The notes below the pieces were generated by a model. That model saw only the letters and a list, made by a program, of their open reading frames with translations. It did no database searches and was not told the origin of the DNA. Positions 27,821-36,835 of a stretch of DNA of 64,000 nt are shown here, piece after piece (position 1 is the first letter of the stretch; the number at the start of each line of letters is the position of its first letter). A program made the position numbers and the translations under genes. The stretch lies in the NCBI GenBank assembly GCA_949372655.1, contig CASIAI010000001.1, positions 13,279 through 77,278 on the forward strand, in the 5' to 3' direction. Source of the stretch: Candidatus Poseidoniaceae archaeon. Lineage in GTDB: Archaea; Thermoplasmatota; Poseidoniia; Poseidoniales; Poseidoniaceae.

Positions 27821-30800
27821 TCATCTGTTTGGTATATTAGCAATCATTGCGATCTCTTGACTCATTCTTTCAAGCGCTTGTTGGGCAGCAGCCTGATGTT
27901 GAGGACCTAACTCTTCTCTGCTATACCTAGCCATTTCGAACATATTGTCAATCGCCGATAATGCATCGTCAGAAATCTCAGGCATTGCTTGTCTAATAGC
28001 AACTTCAAACTCTCTGACTGTTTCGAAATCTCTTCTCAGGAAGCCATTTTGTTGAAGTACCGTACATAGATTTTGATAGCAGTTGAATATGGTTTCACGA
28101 ATCGAGTCACCAGCAGCCAAAAGTTCAGCGGTATAAGCAAATACTTCAGCGGCCTCGTTTAGTAATTCATCAGCGATTCTTCGACGATAAACTACCACTC
28201 CACCAGCAATTAGAGCTGAGATCAATAAAACAACAAGATAAATCCATAAGGACTGACCAGATGCTTCGTCTATAGATTTATAACTAGGATCAAAACTACT
28301 CTCAGTACGTAATAATTCAAACTTCTCCTTACTGGTAGTAGATATAATTGGGTCCTTAATTTGAACATCTAGACTTAATTCACCATAAGTATCTTGATCT
28401 CCATATGGAGGGTCAGAATTGAATTCAAACGATGCAATACCATCTGAGTCAGTAGTAATTGTCAAAGGACTCGTTACTTCACCATTGGATGAATTGGTCA
28501 GAGTGAATGTTACAGCAATTCCTGGAACTCCTGCACCTGTATCATTTGCAGTTATTGTTAAACTTCCACTAATCTCTTCTCTTTCATCAGGAATAACTTG
28601 TTGCATATCAAATTCAAAGTCTACGTTCAACTGAACAAAAATCGGATGGCTAACTGTTGCTGCATTAATGTAAAGTGATTCATTACTTAATGTATCAAGA
28701 TGTAAGTATTGTGAACCATACTGGTACCATGAAGGTGCAATAGTAGAAATCGTGAAATTACCATTAGACCATTGGATATTGGTTAGGCTACTAGAAATAC
28801 ATCTCGCTCCTTCTCTTTGATTGACACAATCTGAACCATTTCCAATGAATATTGTTACAGTTTCAAAGACTTCACCAGTGCCACCAATCTCTGAAATCGA
28901 GCCTGTTAATTCTATTGGACCAAATGTTCCATCCGAACGAATGGCAATCGCAGTAGAAGATTGGTCTATTGATATCTCAACATTTGCCCAAACATATCCG
29001 AATACTGAATCATTGGTTCCCAAGTGGGAATTCGTCCCATCAAATATTACTTCAAAGGAATGAATACCTCTAGCTAAGTCCATAGTAGCAGGAATAATAA
29101 GTTCCCACTCTCCATTCTTATTGGTTGAAGAAGTTCCTATTTCCTCATCATCGAGAAGAACTCTAATTGTTTCACCTTCAAGACCTTCTTTAGTCAAAGA
29201 ATCAAAGTCAAACAATCTTCCAGATAGAACCCAGATTTCGCCCCTTGTAACCTCAGGTCCTTCATCAAATATTACTGTCAAATCTGAGCGATGTGCTAAG
29301 AAGAAAGTGATGTTACTACTATTTGCTCTATAGTATCCCTGAGATTCCGAGTAAGCAAATAAAGTATGGTTACCAAATTCAAAGATGTCCGGTACCGTCC
29401 ATTCGAACAAGAAGTTTCCATTCAAATCAGTAGTTACTGTGCTGATTACGATTCCGTCGATAATCAAATCTACACTGTGGTTGGAAACTGCTATCAACTG
29501 ATTATCGACAACTGTTCCAGTAATAGAAATATTCTGAGCAACTGCAATAGTTTGTGGCATATCGACTGTTACCAGTATATGACTAAATATATTCCAGGTG
29601 GAATTTGCATCACTGGGTAAGTAAAATGTAGTACCTGTAAATCTAACTTCGAGTGGCACTGGACCCAGTTCAGCATCAGCAGGAACAGGGTAAACAGCTG
29701 TAAAGAATCCTTCAGAATCGGTTTCCACATTTGTCATAAACTCTCCATCAAGCCATACTTCGACTGTCAAGTTTTCAAGAGGATTGTTAACAACATCAAC
29801 AAGCATTCCTTCTATGATCATTAATTCTTCACGATTAACATCTCCACTTTGAGTAAGTAGTGATATGACGGTTGGAACACTAATATTGAAATCAACAGTA
29901 TCTGAACTTGGTAGATAATATTCCGGATTGGATGGCTCACCAAATCCAACTGGATCTACCCAATCACGTCCACCATAGAATTCAACTACAATAGTGTGAA
30001 CACCTGCTGATATATCGTCTGGAACCGCCCATCCAATAGTGAAAGTTCCATTACTGGCATCTGTTTCTATACTCGCCACAGATACACCATCTACCACTAA
30101 GTGCACCACTGATGATGATGGAACTCCCATACTATTCAATGGCAATGACAAGTCATCAAGTAGAGTTCCATTCACTAACATATAATCCCCAGATACTAGA
30201 CCTTCAGGAGAATCAATGATTGTTAGGTTTGTTTGAGCAAGAACTACGAATGATGTATTGGTTTGAGAACCTATCATTCCAGTAGAGCCTGGTATTCCAG
30301 CAAATACTGCTTCAATAGCCATCGGACCAACTTCTTGGTCAGAAGGAACTTGAAGTTCCCCAAATGCACTACCATTAACTAAGGTAGTCAAAGTAGTAGT
30401 AATCGAAGTACCTATGAATGTGACTATCAATTGTTGACCCTCGACAGGAGAACCAGTATTATCTTGAAGTAATAATTCTATAGTTATGTTATTACCCCTT
30501 TCGGTTCTATCATTAAGAGTTGGTTGACCGAGTGAATCGATTGTTGGAACCATGAAAATAAGTTCACTAAAGCCCCTACTATCAAATTCACCAGTATCAT
30601 TCGAACCAAGATAGAAATTAACAGCAGGCGTGTAAGAAGCATCTATGACATGGGTTCCTGCAGCGAAAGAATTAGTCAAGGTAATTGTGGCATTCCAAGC
30701 ACCACCAATCTGAACTGCTCCACCAGAGACACTAAATCCGGTCGGTTGACCATCGATAGAGAATAAAATGTTAGCAGGAAGTACTGTACCATCTATCTGC

Positions 30801-33800
30801 TCCAATCCACTACCGTTGTCCGATAGAATATTTCCAGAAACATTGAATGATTGTCCTGCAACCGGATTATCAGTAATAGCGTCGACCAACAGGAACGTTT
30901 GAGAACGAACGATTATTGTTGAAATATTAGAGTTGGCTCCTAATAGGTCTGAACTTCCATTGAACCAGAAAGTCGCAGTTATCAAGCCCAATGGGTTTGA
31001 TGTCGGAATGGTATATGTTAAATCAAACAATCCTGTACCGTTGGTCTGTAGACTACCAATCCATGTTTCACCAAGTTGAATCGCCACATCATAGCCAGAA
31101 AGTGGCAAGAAACGATTAGACGCCTCAACCAATTGACCTGAGATATTTACATCGTCACCACGGTTGACAATTATTGGATTTAGAGGCTTCAATGAATCAA
31201 ATTCTGAGACTCCAAACACAAATATTGGTGTTTCAACTGATGATTCAAGATAGAAAGGTGAAGAATCTTCTACAACTGAGATGACTAATACTTTGTCTCC
31301 TCTAATCGTTCCATTATTCAAAACATCAGTAGGGACAGTCATATTGAATGAACCGTTTGTAGTGGTAGTATAACCTGAGATTAAAGTCTCATTAGGATTA
31401 CTTTCCCAAAATACTTCTAACTTGACTGGACTAATTAACAACCTCGAATTATCATCATCATCGATGACTTGTCCAATTACATTGAAATCTAGCCCAGCAG
31501 TGATTGAAGAAGGAATACTATCAATTCGGAAATCGGTATTACCTTGAACTGTTAAATTCATGATTGTAAAGTTGCCTAAGTGACGGGTACTTCCCTTAGC
31601 TAAAGGTGAAGTTACATTATCAGAAGCAACAACGCGAATGTCGTAGATACCTGGTGCAATTCCAAGTGCAGTCCATGAGAAATTAGCAACTCCGTCACCA
31701 TTACTTCTTGCTGTACCAATCGATTGATTGGTGCCATTCCAGTCGAAGATAAACTCAACATCCTCATTTGGAACAAATGAATTATCTGCAACGTCAGTAA
31801 CTAGTATGCTAAAGTTAAATTGTCCATTAGTAGTGACAATATTTTCACTTTCTCTATCGCTAACTACATTCAAAACTAATTCAGACTCGATTCCTGCTTC
31901 AATTGACGGTATAGGTTGTTGAGAAATATTACCTGTCGTGATATTCAAGAATGATTCTTCAGAAGAGTAGAATGGGCCACCAGCAGGCCCCAAAGAATAG
32001 AAATCAAAAGTAATTTGGAAATTATATACCGATGATGCGAATGTCGTAGGAATTAGAATTTGCTGACTAAAAGTGGATGTATTATTATCCACAAGACCTT
32101 GGGCAATATCGAAATTACCACCTGGAGAAATCATGGAAATGGAATATTGAGTTACATTTTGGTCTAATATTGGAGTTCCAAATACTCCATCAAAGATTGA
32201 ACCATTGATGAATGATGTATTACCTAAATGTGTCCAATCTTGAGCTAAAGTAAAAGTCCACCCGATTTCTGCTTTGATTCTAATCGTGTCTGAACTAACT
32301 GAAGGAGCATAGAAATCTGAACCATTAAAAGATACTTCCAATGTGTAATCACCTGCAACTAAATTAGCATCAAGGGGTAAAGAAGAGATTAATTTACCTG
32401 TAGAATTAGTAGTGGTATTGAACCAATTACTATTGAAACTTAAGTCAAAGTTACCTTCTACAAAGTCTACACTTACTCCCCGATGATCTGTTATCGATAC
32501 ACTAAATGTACCTAGTGAGCCTCGGATTTGAGGAGAGGTTTCAATGCTTAAATTAAGTGTACTAATCAGTAAATAGGGGTCATCAGAAGATAGGTTGGCA
32601 TCATCGGTTGTATCAATGGAATACGGGTAGAATCTTAATTGAAATTCAATTTCTCCGGCTGGAACATCTGCCAAAGATGCTGAAAGGTTCTCCCTTACGG
32701 AGAAGGAACCGTTTACAGTGGCATTGAATATTTGATTCCATGAATCGAAAGAACCATTTTCTCTTATAGAGAGAATTAAGTCACCCTCCATGTCTACAGG
32801 AGTGGTACCTGCAGAAACAGCACTACCATTCACCCAAAGATCTTCTCCCACAACATATCTACTATTATTAAAGGAAAGTCCTTCGATAGACGCCGTCAAA
32901 TTAGGAGCCTCTCTCACGTCTAAGTTTAGATTAAGAGATGATGGACGTATGTGGAATTGAGGAGTTGGGTTTGTAGGGATTGTAAAGTCATCAACCCATC
33001 CACCATACCACAGTGTCGCTGGAACAAGTCCTATTGACTCAGTTATGTCAAGTTCAAGAGTTACAGACCATGAACCACTTGGAGAAACTAAACCACTGAT
33101 ATTATTAGAACCATTAAACGATGAAGTAAAGGACAGCCATACCAACTGTGATTCAAATTTATCTGTTAATCCATTAGGGTCATTTTCAAGATTTAGATTA
33201 CCTTGGATAATGGTAAGTGAACCTGCACCTGCAATCGGTGTGTTTATTGCTAAAGGTACCGAATGTGAAAGATTTGAATCATCGGTCACATTGATGATAG
33301 TGGAGTAAATAATTGCATCATTAGAGATAAACCCACTTGATTGATGCATTATTGCAACTACATGCAAACCTGGTAGATTTGGCTCAATTGGTGAACCATT
33401 GAAAGAAAAGTTACCTTCCAAATCAGTAGTTGCAGTTCCAATTAGTCTAACAGGAGTGATTCCAGAACCGGGAACTGAACCAACATCTTCAACTGGAATT
33501 AAGTATGCCTTTAGTTCTGCATTTTCAATAATTGAAGTATTCTCAGTATATCTAAATTGACCATCTAAAGTGAAATTCTGGCTCATATCTCTATCCCAAG
33601 TCAACGGGGCTAATGTTTGATTAACAATCTCTAGTTCTTCCGCATCAGGACAAGAATCAAACGGAACCCAGCCTAAATCTAGGTTTGATGCCCCGCCTGT
33701 AAGTTCTAGTCTTACTTCACCCCAGGTTGCTCTATTCTGAGTTGAAACTGTATATCCATTACCATTCCATTCGCCACCAGAGTATCCTGTGACATACCTA

Positions 33801-36754
33801 GCTGGAAGTCCCGCTAGTCTAGCCATTGTTACGAATGCTGCATTATAATCAGAGCATTGACCATAACTATTTTCCATGATGAATTGGGCTATATCATCTC
33901 CAGGATTAATTCCTACAGATTGATGATACCTCTTGAAGTCAAAAGAATCGTTACCATCTTTCAAAAAGTCGCTCAAGGTCTTGGCTACATCATATCCACT
34001 GATAACTCCTGATTCAGAAATCACTTCATTGGTCACATTAAGAACGATAGATAGGGGGTCGTTAATATTAGTAAAATCAATCTTAAAATCTGATTCATAA
34101 GGATAATTTTGACCTGCTACTGTATTTGCTGCAATAGTATCCCAGTCAAGGAAATATTCATTTTGCTGTAGGAATAATGTGTCGATTACTCCACCATCAA
34201 GTCTGATGGTATGGGTGTCATTACTTCGAGAAACAAATGAAGAAGGGTCTGACCAAAATGATAGATTGTAATATTGTGAAGATATTGGTATTGTACCTCG
34301 TGAAATCGAGTTATTGAAATCTATTACCCAATCAACAGAACCATTAGAAAAACTTGAGTCTGGGAGGTGAGATAGATTGGTGACAGCAGGAACTAAGTCT
34401 TCATAAGGGTGAACAGTGCTTAGATGAGCATAGGTGGTACCTGTATAGAAATCAAAGGTATTTTGTGTCCAACGGTGTGTTTGGTCTAAATCAACTGTTC
34501 CTGATGAATTATTTGCCCAGAATACGACACCTTGTGAGATTATATCATCGGTTGGGTCGAGTGGGTCAAACCCTGAGCCAACACATGCTGTACCCCAGAA
34601 TTGTTGAGGGCATTCATCACCATCGATCATTCCCCCTCCATCGGTGTCCGGATTAGTCCAGTCGGTCCCAGTCAGGTTTTCGATAGCATCTGGAACCCCA
34701 TCACCATCAAAATCTTCGGGAAGAACATCGTCAAGAGGATTATTTTCAGGGTTGGTTCCATCGAAATATTCGGTTCTATCATCGACACCACCGCTATCTG
34801 TATCAAATAGCGAGGAATCAGTAGTCCATACGTCTTGAGAACCATTGAATACTCCAATCCATGATAGGTCACAACCGATGGTTGTCTCAAAATAATTATT
34901 CAAATTATCAGAGTCATCATCTAGTAAATTACTACATGGCTCATTTGGATCTGTAAAATCAAATACTTCATCAAAGTCACTAACTCCGTCAGCATCTGTG
35001 TCAACAATTGAAGGATTAGAGAAAAATCCATAGGTGCCTAACAGTTCTTCCCAGTCTGCCAAACCATCACCATCACTATCACGGTAATCGTCATCACAGT
35101 ACTGTTGGGTTGTACTTAATGTTCCGGCAGCAAAGGCAGCAGTATGACAAAATGAACCATTTCGATTCGAAACTTCTGTAACCCCAGGTGAAGGTAGAGA
35201 AGAAACTCCAACAAGTAATTGACCTACCACGCTTGCATAGGTGAACGATAGGAAGGCACCTGATGCATTATACCACCCAACTCCTCCACTTGGGTTGAAT
35301 CCAGAACTATCTGTCAAATCGAGAATACTTGTTCCACTTATACTAATAATAGTGGTCTCGAAATTAACAAAAGAGTCACAAGGGTCAGTACCATGAGTAA
35401 CATTTCGTTCTTCACCATCATCTACTCCGCCAAAATCAGAGTCCGCAACATCCCATAGAGTGCAAGACATGTTTTCTTCCCAATTTTGAAGGCCGTCTTC
35501 ATCTTCATCGCCTGAATCTTCCTTTCTTGTAGGATCGGTTTCTCCAGGATCGATTTGACCATTGCTGTTGTTATCTTCTTCCCCATCATCAAACTCATCA
35601 TCATCGGTATTATTATCACGTGGATCGGTTGGTTGAGGAGGGTTTCCATAAGCTCCATTGACTTCAACACCATCGCTAATTCCATCATTGTCGGTATCAG
35701 ATGCAGTTGGATCTGTAAGTAAAGTAAGCGCTTCATATGAATCATTCAGTCCATCATTATCACTATCTTTTCGTTGTGGATTAGTAGATGTAATTCCATC
35801 AACTTCAGCAGTAAAAGTCAAACAACCTTGTAACGGGTCACATGGGCTGGTTGTTTCAGTAACTGTACCATCAGGGCCGTTTCTAAAACAAGGGTTAGGA
35901 CCACACATAGTATCCCATGTAGGATTAACATATTCTAAGAGATTATTCAAACCATCTCCATCCGGGTCACCATTTGGACCATCGGCATTTGAAGCTGAAG
36001 TTGCGTTCAATCCATTAGCAGCTTCCCAACCATCTGGCATTCCATCGCCATCAGTATCCCAGCCTGCAACATCCTCATCGGCAATTCCATCTCCGTCATC
36101 GTCATCAGAATTACAATCTGCATCGCCATCTCCATCTGGATCAGCTGAATCAACTAACCCATCTTTATCATCATCAAATCCATTGGCACAGATATTCCCT
36201 ACTGGGTCTTCATCGCATAGAATTATGTTACCAGTACCATCTGAACCCGCAGCCCCACAGGCAGGCCTGTTGTATTGCATTGCATTTTCTTCATCCCAAT
36301 CATTTACTGGAACTGTTCCATTCCACCAAACTCCATTGTCGAGAATTGTGGATGTAGCACTATTATCCCATCCTGTTGGCATTAAGTAAGTATATTCTTG
36401 GAGATTGGACATTCCGTCACCATCTGGATCTCCAACCGCTCCATCGTCGTTGGCGCTGGATAAAGGATCAAGTCCGTATTTCCATTCCCAACCATCGGGG
36501 AGTCCATCATTATCAGAGTCTGGGTCGCTTGGTAATAGATTCAATAGAAATTCCAAACCATAAGTCAAACCATCTCCGTCTTGGTCTGTTGTTGAAGACG
36601 CTCTAACATCCAAAGATTCGAATTGAATGGAAGCAAAAACCGATAATAGCATTAAAGCGACTAGTGATAGTGATTTCAACTCTTTACGGTAATGTGAAAT
36701 TTGCAATTTTCGCCCCGGCTCGGAAGATAATGAAGGCATTCGCATGATACTCAT
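27821..36754 (-). CDS. Giant (2977 aa) surface protein: Ca-binding DxDxDG repeats, transglutaminase-like core, long Ig-like beta-domain array, TM anchor, DUF4129-like cytoplasmic tail
   Basis: N-terminal signal anchor LSLVALMLLSVFASIQF. More than 15 motifs such as DSDNDGLPDGWE and DPDGDGMSNLQE. GQCSDYNAAFVTMARLAGLPARYVTGY...GWVPFD is a transglutaminase-like core. About 1800 aa of repetitive beta-rich sequence follow. TM helix LWIYLVVLLISALIAGGVVVY. The tail ...FETVREFEVAIRQAMPEISDDALSAIDNMFEMARYS resembles DUF4129. Confidence 0.85.
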   Translation of the reverse strand: MSIMRMPSLSSEPGRKLQISHYRKELKSLSLVALMLLSVFASIQFESLDVRASSTTDQDGDGLTYGLEFLLNLLPSDPDSDNDGLPDGWEWKYGLDPLSSANDDGAVGDPDGDGMSNLQEYTYLMPTGWDNSATSTILDNGVWWNGTVPVNDWDEENAMQYNRPACGAAGSDGTGNIILCDEDPVGNICANGFDDDKDGLVDSADPDGDGDADCNSDDDDGDGIADEDVAGWDTDGDGMPDGWEAANGLNATSASNADGPNGDPDGDGLNNLLEYVNPTWDTMCGPNPCFRNGPDGTVTETTSPCDPLQGCLTFTAEVDGITSTNPQRKDSDNDGLNDSYEALTLLTDPTASDTDNDGISDGVEVNGAYGNPPQPTDPRDNNTDDDEFDDGEEDNNSNGQIDPGETDPTRKEDSGDEDEDGLQNWEENMSCTLWDVADSDFGGVDDGEERNVTHGTDPCDSFVNFETTIISISGTSILDLTDSSGFNPSGGVGWYNASGAFLSFTYASVVGQLLVGVSSLPSPGVTEVSNRNGSFCHTAAFAAGTLSTTQQYCDDDYRDSDGDGLADWEELLGTYGFFSNPSIVDTDADGVSDFDEVFDFTDPNEPCSNLLDDDSDNLNNYFETTIGCDLSWIGVFNGSQDVWTTDSSLFDTDSGGVDDRTEYFDGTNPENNPLDDVLPEDFDGDGVPDAIENLTGTDWTNPDTDGGGMIDGDECPQQFWGTACVGSGFDPLDPTDDIISQGVVFWANNSSGTVDLDQTHRWTQNTFDFYTGTTYAHLSTVHPYEDLVPAVTNLSHLPDSSFSNGSVDWVIDFNNSISRGTIPISSQYYNLSFWSDPSSFVSRSNDTHTIRLDGGVIDTLFLQQNEYFLDWDTIAANTVAGQNYPYESDFKIDFTNINDPLSIVLNVTNEVISESGVISGYDVAKTLSDFLKDGNDSFDFKRYHQSVGINPGDDIAQFIMENSYGQCSDYNAAFVTMARLAGLPARYVTGYSGGEWNGNGYTVSTQNRATWGEVRLELTGGASNLDLGWVPFDSCPDAEELEIVNQTLAPLTWDRDMSQNFTLDGQFRYTENTSIIENAELKAYLIPVEDVGSVPGSGITPVRLIGTATTDLEGNFSFNGSPIEPNLPGLHVVAIMHQSSGFISNDAIIYSTIINVTDDSNLSHSVPLAINTPIAGAGSLTIIQGNLNLENDPNGLTDKFESQLVWLSFTSSFNGSNNISGLVSPSGSWSVTLELDITESIGLVPATLWYGGWVDDFTIPTNPTPQFHIRPSSLNLNLDVREAPNLTASIEGLSFNNSRYVVGEDLWVNGSAVSAGTTPVDMEGDLILSIRENGSFDSWNQIFNATVNGSFSVRENLSASLADVPAGEIEFQLRFYPYSIDTTDDANLSSDDPYLLISTLNLSIETSPQIRGSLGTFSVSITDHRGVSVDFVEGNFDLSFNSNWFNTTTNSTGKLISSLPLDANLVAGDYTLEVSFNGSDFYAPSVSSDTIRIKAEIGWTFTLAQDWTHLGNTSFINGSIFDGVFGTPILDQNVTQYSISMISPGGNFDIAQGLVDNNTSTFSQQILIPTTFASSVYNFQITFDFYSLGPAGGPFYSSEESFLNITTGNISQQPIPSIEAGIESELVLNVVSDRESENIVTTNGQFNFSILVTDVADNSFVPNEDVEFIFDWNGTNQSIGTARSNGDGVANFSWTALGIAPGIYDIRVVASDNVTSPLAKGSTRHLGNFTIMNLTVQGNTDFRIDSIPSSITAGLDFNVIGQVIDDDDNSRLLISPVKLEVFWESNPNETLISGYTTTTNGSFNMTVPTDVLNNGTIRGDKVLVISVVEDSSPFYLESSVETPIFVFGVSEFDSLKPLNPIIVNRGDDVNISGQLVEASNRFLPLSGYDVAIQLGETWIGSLQTNGTGLFDLTYTIPTSNPLGLITATFWFNGSSDLLGANSNISTIIVRSQTFLLVDAITDNPVAGQSFNVSGNILSDNGSGLEQIDGTVLPANILFSIDGQPTGFSVSGGAVQIGGAWNATITLTNSFAAGTHVIDASYTPAVNFYLGSNDTGEFDSRGFSELIFMVPTIDSLGQPTLNDRTERGNNITIELLLQDNTGSPVEGQQLIVTFIGTSITTTLTTLVNGSAFGELQVPSDQEVGPMAIEAVFAGIPGSTGMIGSQTNTSFVVLAQTNLTIIDSPEGLVSGDYMLVNGTLLDDLSLPLNSMGVPSSSVVHLVVDGVSVASIETDASNGTFTIGWAVPDDISAGVHTIVVEFYGGRDWVDPVGFGEPSNPEYYLPSSDTVDFNISVPTVISLLTQSGDVNREELMIIEGMLVDVVNNPLENLTVEVWLDGEFMTNVETDSEGFFTAVYPVPADAELGPVPLEVRFTGTTFYLPSDANSTWNIFSHILVTVDMPQTIAVAQNISITGTVVDNQLIAVSNHSVDLIIDGIVISTVTTDLNGNFLFEWTVPDIFEFGNHTLFAYSESQGYYRANSSNITFFLAHRSDLTVIFDEGPEVTRGEIWVLSGRLFDFDSLTKEGLEGETIRVLLDDEEIGTSSTNKNGEWELIIPATMDLARGIHSFEVIFDGTNSHLGTNDSVFGYVWANVEISIDQSSTAIAIRSDGTFGPIELTGSISEIGGTGEVFETVTIFIGNGSDCVNQREGARCISSSLTNIQWSNGNFTISTIAPSWYQYGSQYLHLDTLSNESLYINAATVSHPIFVQLNVDFEFDMQQVIPDEREEISGSLTITANDTGAGVPGIAVTFTLTNSSNGEVTSPLTITTDSDGIASFEFNSDPPYGDQDTYGELSLDVQIKDPIISTTSKEKFELLRTESSFDPSYKSIDEASGQSLWIYLVVLLISALIAGGVVVYRRRIADELLNEAAEVFAYTAELLAAGDSIRETIFNCYQNLCTVLQQNGFLRRDFETVREFEVAIRQAMPEISDDALSAIDNMFEMARYSREELGPQHQAAAQQALERMSQEIAMIANIPNR
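33645..33865 (-). other. Transglutaminase-like core segment of the giant protein
   Basis: The Cys in GQCSDY and the Asp in GWVPFD are present. The position usually occupied by HAW reads ATW (NRATWGEV), so the catalytic His may be absent. Confidence 0.6.
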
Positions 36755-36835
36755 GTGACGGGGTGATTAATGCTTCATAAGGCAAATGGTACGATGTTCA
36801 TACAATACATCAAAACCAAGCAAATAGAAAATACT

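Noticed and set aside
35658-36389. 243-aa plus-strand ORF, and other ORFs of 60-107 aa antisense to or out of frame within the 2977-aa and 972-aa genes
   Set aside because: They lie entirely inside a long, motif-rich coding frame. Their S/P-rich low-complexity translations are typical of antisense shadows of Asp/Gly-rich repeats.
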